NCBI GenBank assembly: GCA_041499375.1
Contig: JBGQKD010000018.1
Span: 212 to 64,211, forward strand
Direction: 5' to 3'
DNA: 64,000 nucleotides
Source of the DNA: Gemmatimonadota bacterium
Lineage (GTDB): Bacteria; Gemmatimonadota; Gemmatimonadetes; Gemmatimonadales; GWC2-71-9
The number at the start of each line of letters is the position of its first letter. The stretch's first letter is position 1. The notes under the pieces are model-generated. The model saw only the letters and a program-made list of their open reading frames with translations. It was not told the origin of the DNA and did no database searches. The position numbers were made by a program, and so were the translations under genes. Below, one piece after another: positions 45,797-54,932 of the stretch.

Positions 45797-47476
45797 CTAG
45801 AGATTATTGCGCTTGAGCTCGCTGACGGCGAAATCCGCCGCGCGCGCCGTGAGCGCCATGTAGGTGAGCGATGGGTTCGGACACGCCGTTGACGCCATGC
45901 AGGAGCCGTCCGTCACGAAGACGTTCGGGGCGTCCCACACCTGGTTGTGCGAGTTGAGGACCGATGTCTTGGGATCCCGGCCCATGCGCGCCGTCCCCAT
46001 TTCGTGAATCCCCATCCCCGGCCAGTACCCGTTGTCGTACGTGCGGACGTCCTTCACCCCGGCCGCCTCGAGCATCTCGGCCATGTCGTTCATCATGTCC
46101 TTGCGCATCAGCCGCTCGTTCTCGCCGGTGGCGCAGTCGATCGCGAGCACGGACAGTCCCCACTTGTCCTTCTTGGTCGCGTCGATGGTCACCCTGTTGG
46201 CAGGATTCGGAAGCATCTCGCCGAAGGCAGTCCCGCCTATCGACCACGAGCCCGGTTGTGCGGCGGCGTCCTTGAAGGCAGCGCCCACGCCGAGCTCGGC
46301 CACGGCGCGCGACCAGCCCGAACGGCTGGCGCCGCCCTGGTAGCCGAAGCCGCGCAGGTACTCCCGCTTGTCGCCGAAAAGATTGCGGTAGCTCGGGATG
46401 TAGAAGCCCGTGGGGCGCCGGCCGTAGTAGTACTTGTCGTCGAGTCCTTCGATTCTGCCGGACGCGCCCGCTCGGAAGTGATGATCCATGAGATTGCGCC
46501 CGAGCGCGTCGGAGCTCGAGCCGAGGCCGCCGGGCCAGACGTTGGTCGCCGAGCGGAGCAGCAACCACGTGGAATTCAACGTGGACGCGCAGAGGAAGAT
46601 GATCCGCGCCGAATAATCGGTCGTCTGCTCGGTCACGGCATCGAGCACGCGCACACCCGCCGCGCGCTTCTTGTTGCGATCGTACAGGACTTCGGTGACG
46701 ATCGCGAAGGGCTTCAGCGTCAGTCGTCCGGTGGCCATGGCTGCGGGCAGCGTCGAGGACTGCGTGCTGAAGTACCCGCCGAAGGGGCAGCCCAGCCAGC
46801 AGGCGTTGCGATACTGGCAGGGCGCGCGTCCCGGCAACGCTTGCGTGAGATTCGCGGTGCGACCCGGTATGATCCGCCGGCGCCCGTCGAAATGCTGCTT
46901 GAGCCGGCCGGCGATCAGCTCCTCGCCGCAGTTGAGCGCCATGGCCGGCTGAAACTGTCCGTCTGGAAGCTGCGCCATCCCTTCCTGCGATCCGGAAATC
47001 CCCGCGTGCCGTTCGACGTGGTCGTACCAGGGCGCGATGTCCGCGTAGCGAATCGGCCAATCGACTCCGATCCCCTCGCGCGCGTTCGCCTCGAAATCGA
47101 AGTCGCTCCAGCGATAGCTCTGGCGTCCCCACATGAGTGACCGACCACCGACGTGATAACCGCGGTACCAGTCGAACCGCTTCACTTCCGTGTAGGGCGA
47201 CTCCTGATCTAAGGCCCACCAATCGAGGTTGGTCTCGTTGAGCGGGTAGTCGCGCTTCAGCACCGGGTAGGCCTCTACCATCGCGCGCGTGCGCCGGCCG
47301 CGATGCGGATAATCCCACGGCGCCTTGGTCGCGTTTACGTAGTCTTTGATGTGCTCGATGTTTTTCCCGCGCTCGAGCAAGAGGACACGGAGGCCTTTCT
47401 CCGTAAGCTCCTTCGCCGCCCAGCCGCCGGAGATGCCGGACCCGACCACGATCGCATCGTAATCCTGTGACTGCAC
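45797..47476 (-). CDS. GMC-family FAD oxidoreductase
   Basis: YDAIVVGSGISGG FAD motif, 559 aa. Confidence 0.9.
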   Translation of the reverse strand: MQSQDYDAIVVGSGISGGWAAKELTEKGLRVLLLERGKNIEHIKDYVNATKAPWDYPHRGRRTRAMVEAYPVLKRDYPLNETNLDWWALDQESPYTEVKRFDWYRGYHVGGRSLMWGRQSYRWSDFDFEANAREGIGVDWPIRYADIAPWYDHVERHAGISGSQEGMAQLPDGQFQPAMALNCGEELIAGRLKQHFDGRRRIIPGRTANLTQALPGRAPCQYRNACWLGCPFGGYFSTQSSTLPAAMATGRLTLKPFAIVTEVLYDRNKKRAAGVRVLDAVTEQTTDYSARIIFLCASTLNSTWLLLRSATNVWPGGLGSSSDALGRNLMDHHFRAGASGRIEGLDDKYYYGRRPTGFYIPSYRNLFGDKREYLRGFGYQGGASRSGWSRAVAELGVGAAFKDAAAQPGSWSIGGTAFGEMLPNPANRVTIDATKKDKWGLSVLAIDCATGENERLMRKDMMNDMAEMLEAAGVKDVRTYDNGYWPGMGIHEMGTARMGRDPKTSVLNSHNQVWDAPNVFVTDGSCMASTACPNPSLTYMALTARAADFAVSELKRNNL

Positions 47477-47486
47477 AGTTCCTCCT

Positions 47487-48821
47487 CTAGATCAGCGCTC
47501 TGATTTCCCGCAGGACCACGTCCACTTCTTCAGGCTTGTTCATGATGCCCGCGGACACGCGGGCGTAGGAGACCTTGTAGGGAGATGTTGTCGTGCGAAT
47601 CTTCTTTTCCGCAAGACGCGCCACGACCTGTCCCGGCGTCCACCCGCGCACTTCGAAACAGGAGATGCCCGCGGAAAGAGCTGGATCGCGCGGCGTGTGC
47701 AACGTCACCCCTGGCACGCGCGCCGCACCCTCACGAAACGCGGCGTTCAGTTCTGCAATGCGCGCGGCGATCCGGTCACGGCCGATCGTCCGGTGCAGCT
47801 CGACGGCGGCGGGTATCGCGAGCAGATGCTCGTAGGCCATGAATCCGCCCGGCGACACGAACGCCGCCTGGGTCGGCGGCAGCTCTTTGCGATCGGCCCA
47901 GGCACCGAACGTCGTGTCGATGGCGTCGGGATCGAAACTCGGGATCGTGGGCCTGAGCTCGGGCCAGGCATCGCTCCTCCCCCACAAGAAGCCGGTGCCC
48001 CGCGGCGCGAACAGCCACTTATGCGTGCCGCTGGCGAAGAAATCGGCACCCAGGCGCGCGACATCGACGTCCTGATTCGCGAATCCGTGCACGCCGTCCA
48101 CGATCAGGAGACAGCGATCGGCCGGCGCCCTGCCCCGGTTCGCGCGCGCCACCGCCTCGGCAATCCCCGCAATCGGCAGCTTGATGCCGGTGGAGGACTG
48201 CACCCACGTCACGCCGACGGCTCGCGTGGCCGGCCTGATCGCGCGAGCGAGGCGATCGACGATCTGGTCGGCGCGTGCCGTCGCGGGCGTATCGAAAAGC
48301 GGGATGTAGCGCACCCCGCACCCCGAGCGCGCCGCCGCGTAGCGGATCGACTCGTGATGGGAATAATGATCGTGCTCGGTCGTGACGATCTCTTGATCAC
48401 CGCGGATGCGGAGTCCGTGGTAGATCATCGCGAGGCCGGTAGTGGTGTTGGACGTGAACGCGATCTCGGTTGGACTGCCGCCGGTGTAGTCTGCGAGTGC
48501 GCGTTTGATCGCCGCGAAGGGCCGCCCCTCGGCATCGGTGAATGCCGCGATCTCGATCCACATCGGGTCCGAGTCGAGCTTCCTGCGGAAATGATCGATT
48601 GCATCGGCGACGGGTTTGGGATGCGACACGAACAGGAAGCTCGAGAGGTGCGTCCAGTCGGGCGCGAGCGGGAAGAGATCGCGAATCGCCAGCCAGTCGA
48701 GGTCCCCGCCCAGACCGTGCAGTGGTCGAGACCGGGGCGGTGATGATCGATCGAAGCGGATCGCCGGGAACAGCGACGCTGCAACGAGCGACTTCAGCAG
48801 CTGCCGGCGCGCCAGCGTCAT
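47487..48821 (-). CDS. class V aminotransferase-fold PLP enzyme with Tat-type signal
   Basis: ATG 48821 lies 8 nt after AAGGAG. MTLARRQLLKSLVAASL. SGTHKWL PLP-lysine motif. Confidence 0.85.
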   Translation of the reverse strand: MTLARRQLLKSLVAASLFPAIRFDRSSPPRSRPLHGLGGDLDWLAIRDLFPLAPDWTHLSSFLFVSHPKPVADAIDHFRRKLDSDPMWIEIAAFTDAEGRPFAAIKRALADYTGGSPTEIAFTSNTTTGLAMIYHGLRIRGDQEIVTTEHDHYSHHESIRYAAARSGCGVRYIPLFDTPATARADQIVDRLARAIRPATRAVGVTWVQSSTGIKLPIAGIAEAVARANRGRAPADRCLLIVDGVHGFANQDVDVARLGADFFASGTHKWLFAPRGTGFLWGRSDAWPELRPTIPSFDPDAIDTTFGAWADRKELPPTQAAFVSPGGFMAYEHLLAIPAAVELHRTIGRDRIAARIAELNAAFREGAARVPGVTLHTPRDPALSAGISCFEVRGWTPGQVVARLAEKKIRTTTSPYKVSYARVSAGIMNKPEEVDVVLREIRALI

Positions 48822-49375
48822 TTTGGCTTCTCCTTGTTGTTTGTTTCCCGCGGCTGCGTCGCCAGGTAGGTCACCGTGTCCCACGCATTGTGAATGCCGA
48901 TGGACAGGAGCAGGAACATCACCGCCCCGATCAGGAACAACGCCCACGACTGGTCGTGCGAAAGCCCCGCGGCTCCCACGAACAGCATGGCGTACGCGGT
49001 CATCGGCAGGGCCAGGTGCCACACCAAATCCTCGAGCACCGGCTTGTACGCCGTCCGTGACTGCCTGAGCATGCGCCGCAGCACGATCAGCACATACACC
49101 ATGCCGGCGATAGCCCCGGCGCCCACCACGTGGGCGGGATTGCGCAGCCGCTGCCAGGGCGCGGTCAGCACCGCCGACAAAAAAAACACGGCGGCGAAGT
49201 GAATCACATTGGGCGAGGCGAAGGCGTTCACCGTGTCCGGCGTGCGCGGCTGAGAGGAGTCCGCAGCCAACGAGATCACCACAAACATGAGTCCCGTGAG
49301 CGCGGCACCCGACGAGCCGACGAGAAAGAAGAACGTCTCCCACTGCGATAGAACTGCGTGTGCTGACGGTTCCAT
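48818..49375 (-). CDS. integral membrane protein, unknown function
   Basis: 185 aa, 5-6 hydrophobic helices. Start overlaps the upstream stop (TGATG). Confidence 0.6.
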   Translation of the reverse strand: MEPSAHAVLSQWETFFFLVGSSGAALTGLMFVVISLAADSSQPRTPDTVNAFASPNVIHFAAVFFLSAVLTAPWQRLRNPAHVVGAGAIAGMVYVLIVLRRMLRQSRTAYKPVLEDLVWHLALPMTAYAMLFVGAAGLSHDQSWALFLIGAVMFLLLSIGIHNAWDTVTYLATQPRETNNKEKPK

Positions 49376-50181
49376 CACCGCACCTGGAACGTGAGAGTGG
49401 CCCACTTCGATTCGTAGGTGACGCTGTCGCCGTGCACCGGCGTCATGCGAATGAACTTGACGTACCACTTCCCTGGCGTACGGATCACGAAGCGCGCGAC
49501 GCCTTGGGTATCGCTCCGAACGCGCATTTCCGGGATCGACGTGGTATCACGTTGTCCCCCGGCAATGACCAGCTGCTGGGCGACCGGCCGGCCGTCCACG
49601 AGACACCGGACCGCGAGCGTGTCGCCCACAATCGCGAAGTATGGATTGGTGAGCGGCACGATCTCCGCGGGATATCCCAGGACGGTTTCGAACGCTCTCG
49701 TCCGTACATCACCGACCTGGATGATCGCCTTGACGTGCTTCTGATACTGCTCGCGCGCGTTCTTGGTGAGCTCGCCGTCGCGCGTGCGCGCCGCCAGGAC
49801 GTCCGGAATCCCGTCTTCGGCGAGATAGGCGTTGAAGTCCTTCGCCGCGAGCGCGATTTGGCGTGGCAGCAGCGATGCGCCGACGACATAGGTGCCGGGC
49901 GCGCCGGTCGTCAGCGCGAGCCAGGTCGTATCGCCCTGCGGGCGCCAGGCCTCGCGCGGGAGGGCGACGCGCCCACCGGCGCTCGCGACACTCAGGTCAC
50001 GCAGCCGGTCCGGCGTGACGGCGCCTTCGCTGGTCGTGAACGAGCCGTTCAGTACGGCGATGCGCACAGGGGTGCGCGGCGGCAGGAAGTACGTCTCGAG
50101 CTTGAGGAAGAGATCGTGCGCCAGGAGGACAGTGGCGCTGACCATTAAGAGAATGGCAACGGTCACGAATTGCTTCCGCAT
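49375..50181 (-). CDS. DUF4198-like periplasmic protein (NikM/CbiK-type beta-sandwich)
   Basis: ATG 50181, signal peptide, AHDLFLK start of the mature protein. Confidence 0.75.
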   Translation of the reverse strand: MRKQFVTVAILLMVSATVLLAHDLFLKLETYFLPPRTPVRIAVLNGSFTTSEGAVTPDRLRDLSVASAGGRVALPREAWRPQGDTTWLALTTGAPGTYVVGASLLPRQIALAAKDFNAYLAEDGIPDVLAARTRDGELTKNAREQYQKHVKAIIQVGDVRTRAFETVLGYPAEIVPLTNPYFAIVGDTLAVRCLVDGRPVAQQLVIAGGQRDTTSIPEMRVRSDTQGVARFVIRTPGKWYVKFIRMTPVHGDSVTYESKWATLTFQVR

Positions 50182-50208
50182 GTGGGTCCTCGGGTTTAGA
50201 CTTCGGTT

Positions 50209-50559
50209 GTGACGCTTCGCCACGCCGTCGCATTCACAGCGAGCGTGCTGATCCTTCATCTCGGCTTCGCTGCCGGGGAGTCGCGCTGCGTCCCGGGACA
50301 CGATGCCTCCGGGCAGGCTTCCCCACCTGCCGAGCACCACCAGCATCGTCACCCGCAGCCGGCACAATCAGATCACCCGTCCGTGCCGACCATTCCGGTG
50401 TGTTGCCAGGCCCTGACATCTTGCTCTGTAATCGTGGACGTGACTAGGCCCGCCCTCGCGCGCGTGGAACGTCCAATTGGTGCGCGCCCGCACACCGCTG
50501 CCATCCTCGCCGTCGGAATACCGACCTCCGGTCCGGAAGCACCGCCTCCCAGAGTCTAG
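50209..50559 (+). CDS. small N-anchored Cys/His-rich protein leading the copper operon
   Basis: GTG start. TM VAFTASVLILHL, Cys ~26, EHHQHRH tract, CC-x5-C, ends EAPPPRV. Same layout as 38236..38562. Confidence 0.5.
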   Translation: MTLRHAVAFTASVLILHLGFAAGESRCVPGHDASGQASPPAEHHQHRHPQPAQSDHPSVPTIPVCCQALTSCSVIVDVTRPALARVERPIGARPHTAAILAVGIPTSGPEAPPPRV

Positions 50560-50643
50560 GCCTCGATCCCCTGTCGGCGTTCACGCGTCGCGCCAGTCAC
50601 ATGGGCTGCGACGCTCGAGAGTTTGCTCCAGCCAGAGGCACAC

Positions 50644-51960
50644 ATGTTTCGCTACCTGCTTTCCATAGTAGTCCTGCCCTCGATGCTCTATGCGCAGCAT
50701 CCCGGACACCCGATGCCGCCACAGGCGCCAATGAAGCCGATGGCGATGATGATGATCGACCCACTCGGCATTTCCATGGAGCGCATGGGCTCCGGCACCA
50801 CCTGGATTCCCGACGCCGTGCCACTGCCGGCGCGGCACCGGATGGTAGGGTCGTGGCTCGTGATGCTCCATGGTTTCGGGTTCGTGCAGTACGACAAGCA
50901 GGGAGGCCCGCGCGGTGCCGATCAGTTCGGCTCGCTCAATTGGGCGATGCTCATGGCGAGCCGAGACCTGCTCGGCGGGCGGTTGCAGGCGAGAACAATG
51001 CTCAGCCTCGACCCGGCGACAGTCTCGAATCGCGGTTATCCGCTGCTTTTGCAAAGCGGTGAGACGTATCGCGGGCAACCGCTGCACGATCGCCAACACC
51101 CCCACGATTTCTGGATGGAGCTGGCCATGATGTATGAACGTGCCCTCTCACACGATCTCGGACTGATGGCGTACGTGGCACCATCCGGTGAACCGGCGCT
51201 TGGCCCCGTCGCGTTCATGCACCGCCCTTCCGCGATGGACAATCCGGTCGCGCCGCTCGGCCACCATTGGCAGGACGCCACCCACATCAGCTTCGGCGTC
51301 CTGACCGCGGGGATATTCGGACATCATTGGAAACTCGAGGGCTCGGTCTTCAACGGTCGCGAGCCGAATGAGGAGCGCTGGGGGTTCGATCGCATCCGAC
51401 TGGACTCCTACTCCGGCCGTTTCGACGCGCATCTCGATTCGAGCTGGACCCTCTCCGCGGGATATGGATATCTGAAGAGCCCAGAGGCGCTGAATCCTGC
51501 TGAGTCTGTGCATCGCATGACCGCATCGGTGCTGCAAGGCCACAGAATCGGACGCAACGGCCAGCTGGCGACGGCGATCATCTGGGGCGCGAACCGTCGC
51601 TCGGGAAAGTCCACACATGCCGCACTGCTGGAGAGCGAGGCGGTTGTGGATCAGCGTAACACGTTGTATGGGCGGGTCGAGCTGCTCCAGAAAACGGCGG
51701 AAGACCTGGTCATTGGGAGCGTTCCCCCCAATACACGGTTCACCATCACCGCGCTATCTGCCGGATACATCCGCGAGGTTTACCAGACCGCGGGAGCGAC
51801 GCTGGGCGTGGGACTGCAGGCGATGCTGAATGTGGTGCCCGACCAACTTCAGTCGTCCTACGGATCACGGACTCCGGTGGGCGGAATGCTCTTCGTGCGC
51901 GTTCATCCGCTGCATGCCCCGCATCAGATGGCGGCTACCATGCCGTCCATGAGTCATTAA
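50644..51960 (+). CDS. putative outer-membrane protein with Met/His-rich N-terminus
   Basis: Signal peptide, QHPGHPMPPQAPMKPMAMMM tract, then a long beta-rich body. Lies in the copper gene neighbourhood. Confidence 0.6.
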   Translation: MFRYLLSIVVLPSMLYAQHPGHPMPPQAPMKPMAMMMIDPLGISMERMGSGTTWIPDAVPLPARHRMVGSWLVMLHGFGFVQYDKQGGPRGADQFGSLNWAMLMASRDLLGGRLQARTMLSLDPATVSNRGYPLLLQSGETYRGQPLHDRQHPHDFWMELAMMYERALSHDLGLMAYVAPSGEPALGPVAFMHRPSAMDNPVAPLGHHWQDATHISFGVLTAGIFGHHWKLEGSVFNGREPNEERWGFDRIRLDSYSGRFDAHLDSSWTLSAGYGYLKSPEALNPAESVHRMTASVLQGHRIGRNGQLATAIIWGANRRSGKSTHAALLESEAVVDQRNTLYGRVELLQKTAEDLVIGSVPPNTRFTITALSAGYIREVYQTAGATLGVGLQAMLNVVPDQLQSSYGSRTPVGGMLFVRVHPLHAPHQMAATMPSMSH

Positions 51961-51973
51961 CCTCGAGCGCTCC

Positions 51974-52921
51974 ATGATTCTCCAGCCCATCGACTTCGTC
52001 GTGTACGCATGGCTGCTGATCGCCGTGCTGTCCGCCGTGTACGTCGCCTACGACCAGTTTCGCAACAACCCCGAAGCGGCGGTGATGAAATGGGGCTTCG
52101 TGCTGGTAACGCTCTACATGGGACCCATCGGGCTGCTCCTGTACGTGATGGCGGACAAGGAACCGGCGCCGGGTACGCACGAGCGCTTCGTGCAGCCGCT
52201 CTGGAAACAGGGCGTGGGCTCGACCGTCCACTGCGTGGCGGGCGATGCGACCGGCATCATTCTCGCCGCGGCGGTCACCGCCCTGCTCGGTTTCCCCATG
52301 TGGGTGGACGTGCTGGTGGAATACGTAGCGGGGTTTCTGTTCGGATTACTCATCTTCCAGGCGCTGTTCATGCGGCGCATGATGGGCGGAAGCTACGCCC
52401 AGAATGTGCGTCGCAGCTTTCTTCCCGAATTGCTGTCGATGAACTGCATGATGGCCGGCATGGCGCCCGTCATGATCCTGCTCATGATGGGTCGCGACAT
52501 GCGGGCGATGTGGCCCGGCGAGCCGCTGTTCTGGTTCGTGATGTCGCTCGGCGTGGTTGCCGGTTTCGTCATCGCCTATCCGGTGAACGTCTGGCTGGTC
52601 GCGCAAGGCATGAAGCATGGGCTCACGACCGTGCGGCAAGAGCACGATCAGGCGGGGCATCACGATCACGAGGACGCACATGCGAGTCACGCGCCGACCG
52701 AGGAGAAGCACGGGCAGCATGCGACTGAGCAGAGAACGGGACCGACACGTCCTCAGATTCTGGCGCTTACCGGCTTCACGACATTTGTGCTCGTCGCCGG
52801 CATGTTCGTTCCGGCGGCGTTCGTGAACATGCGTGTCACCGCCGAGGAGGTGCGGGCCACCTGGCATGATCATGACCGCTTCCACGTCGGCGGATGCCAT
52901 GCGGGACATGGCGGCGGCTGA
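51974..52921 (+). CDS. DUF4396-like membrane protein with His-rich tail
   Basis: GSTVHCVAGDATG motif region, multiple TM helices, C-terminal HHDHEDAHASH stretch. Confidence 0.75.
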   Translation: MILQPIDFVVYAWLLIAVLSAVYVAYDQFRNNPEAAVMKWGFVLVTLYMGPIGLLLYVMADKEPAPGTHERFVQPLWKQGVGSTVHCVAGDATGIILAAAVTALLGFPMWVDVLVEYVAGFLFGLLIFQALFMRRMMGGSYAQNVRRSFLPELLSMNCMMAGMAPVMILLMMGRDMRAMWPGEPLFWFVMSLGVVAGFVIAYPVNVWLVAQGMKHGLTTVRQEHDQAGHHDHEDAHASHAPTEEKHGQHATEQRTGPTRPQILALTGFTTFVLVAGMFVPAAFVNMRVTAEEVRATWHDHDRFHVGGCHAGHGGG

Positions 52922-53831
52922 TCCTCGGCTGGCGGCCTATGTACCGGCGTCCGACGAGCGTGGAGACAGAATCCTCGCCCCGCGCATCGAGGACGGCGTC
53001 AAGGTGTTCGATCTCGACGCGTCGGTCATTCGCTGGAACATCCTGCCCGGGACGCAGGTCACGGCGTACGCGATCAATCATCAGGTGCCGGGGCCGCGCC
53101 TGGAGTTCCAAAACGGCGATCGGGTGCGCATCAACTTCACGAATCATCTGCCCGAGCCGGCGACGATGCATTGGCATGGACTTGTGGTTCCAAACCGGAT
53201 GGACGGCCCGGGGAACATCACGCAGGACCCCGTGCCGCCCGGCGGGCAATACACATATGAGTACGTCGCCCAGCAGTCCGGCACATTTTTCTATCACTCA
53301 CACACGCGTCCCGACCGTCAACAAGCGCTCGGTCTCTATGGCGCGCTGATCATTCGCCCGCCGAATCCCGCGAGCGAGCCGCGCGCGGATCACGAATACG
53401 TCGTGCAGCTGCAGGAATGGCTGTATCGGGACGGCTTGACATATCCCGCAATGCTGATGGAGGGCGGCCTGCCGAACTATTTCACGATAAACGGTAAGGC
53501 CTATCCCGCCACCGATACGCTACACATGCGTGTTGGCGAGACGCTCAAGCTCCGGATTATTGGCACGAACAACAACTTCATCCATCCCATGCACATGCAC
53601 GGAGGGCCGTTCACCGTCATCGCGCGGGACGGCGTGCCGTTCGCAGCAGGGGCCCGCTTCGAGGCCGACGTGCTCAACGTTGGACCGGGACAGCGCTACG
53701 ATGTGATTTGGCCTGCGCGTGAGCCCGGGAAGTGGATTTTCCATTGTCACATCCCGCACCACACGCTGAATAACAACGTGGAAGAGCGGGGGGCCGGGGG
53801 GCTGACCTTGATCGTCGATGTGGCGCCGTAG
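52866..53831 (+). CDS. compact (two-domain-size) multicopper oxidase
   Basis: All four Cu motifs are present: MHWHG, YHSH, HPMHMHG, HCHIPHH. Start uncertain (ATGs at 52866/52899/52908); overlaps the DUF4396 3' end. Confidence 0.85.
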   Translation: MIMTASTSADAMRDMAAADPRLAAYVPASDERGDRILAPRIEDGVKVFDLDASVIRWNILPGTQVTAYAINHQVPGPRLEFQNGDRVRINFTNHLPEPATMHWHGLVVPNRMDGPGNITQDPVPPGGQYTYEYVAQQSGTFFYHSHTRPDRQQALGLYGALIIRPPNPASEPRADHEYVVQLQEWLYRDGLTYPAMLMEGGLPNYFTINGKAYPATDTLHMRVGETLKLRIIGTNNNFIHPMHMHGGPFTVIARDGVPFAAGARFEADVLNVGPGQRYDVIWPAREPGKWIFHCHIPHHTLNNNVEERGAGGLTLIVDVAP

Positions 53832-53836
53832 CCATC

Positions 53837-54757
53837 ATGCTTTCCGCAATGGTGTTCTACACGCTGTTGTTTCTGGCCCTCGTCGTCGTCCCCGCCGGCG
53901 TGATCCTCGTCGTCCTCCTCTTCCTGGATCACGAGCACCGTCTCTGGCAGTCCGTAACGGCTGTTGTCGAGCCCAAAACCCAGGGGCTTCGACAAGGCTT
54001 CCCACGCGCCACAGGCTTCCTCGCGCGGCGTCTCGATACCCATGATCCGTGGGGCCTGCGTGCGACGCTGGCCGGGGTGGGCATTCTCATTGGTCTCTGG
54101 CTGTTTCTTGGCGTGCTACAGGATATCGTGGCGAAAGACCCGCTGGTCACACTGAACAGCCGGCTTCACAACACGATGCCGCTGTTTCGCACCACCGGCA
54201 TGACGTGGTTCGGTGGCCGCATGGAACCGATCTCGCTCGTTGTTGTCGGCTCCGAGGCTGATGTGGTGCGGGCCTTTACACGTGCGGGATGGACGCGGGC
54301 CGATCTCCCGACACCAGTGCGCCTGGTACGAGAAGGGCTCGCCGCCTTGCGAAACCGGCCCGACTCGACAGGTCCGGCGACGCCTGCCTTCTTTGCGGAC
54401 AGGCCGCAAAACCTCACGTTCGAGAAACCCGATCCAGGCGCGCCGAGCATTCGGCGGCGGCACCACGTCCGTCTCTGGAGGACGGACTACTGCCTAGCAC
54501 CCAAGTGCCGTCCGGTCTGGGTGGGAACGGCAAGTTTCGACGTCGGGGTGGAGCTCTCCCAGCGCCTCCACCTTCCGACTCACCGCATTGACCCCGCTAT
54601 CGACAAGGCGCGCGCTCTCATCGCCGGCGACCTGGTTCGGGGCGGGGCGACGCAGGAGGGAAGCGTCGTGGTATCGCAACCGGTTCAGGGCACGAACGCC
54701 GCGGGCGACCCATTCTCAACGGATGGCGGCGCCCTTGTGCTGATTCTCCCCGAGTAA
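53837..54757 (+). CDS. LssY C-terminal domain-containing membrane protein
   Basis: N-terminal TM helices. C-terminal ISLVVVGSEADVVRAFTRAGW...RHHVRLW...THRIDPAID pattern. Confidence 0.75.
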   Translation: MLSAMVFYTLLFLALVVVPAGVILVVLLFLDHEHRLWQSVTAVVEPKTQGLRQGFPRATGFLARRLDTHDPWGLRATLAGVGILIGLWLFLGVLQDIVAKDPLVTLNSRLHNTMPLFRTTGMTWFGGRMEPISLVVVGSEADVVRAFTRAGWTRADLPTPVRLVREGLAALRNRPDSTGPATPAFFADRPQNLTFEKPDPGAPSIRRRHHVRLWRTDYCLAPKCRPVWVGTASFDVGVELSQRLHLPTHRIDPAIDKARALIAGDLVRGGATQEGSVVVSQPVQGTNAAGDPFSTDGGALVLILPE

Positions 54758-54932
54758 CTACGAATAGGAGCACAGCATTCCAGAGAAACCGCTCTAAACG
54801 TCATAACGCCAGCGCGTTTCGATCTATCAGCGATCAGGCTTTCCTGCGTCGAGGATCAAGAGCGACTGTCGAATCGCGCCGTCACGAACCGCGCCATCAC
54901 CGCCGGGGGAGATCCACAGGCACTGAGTCGTA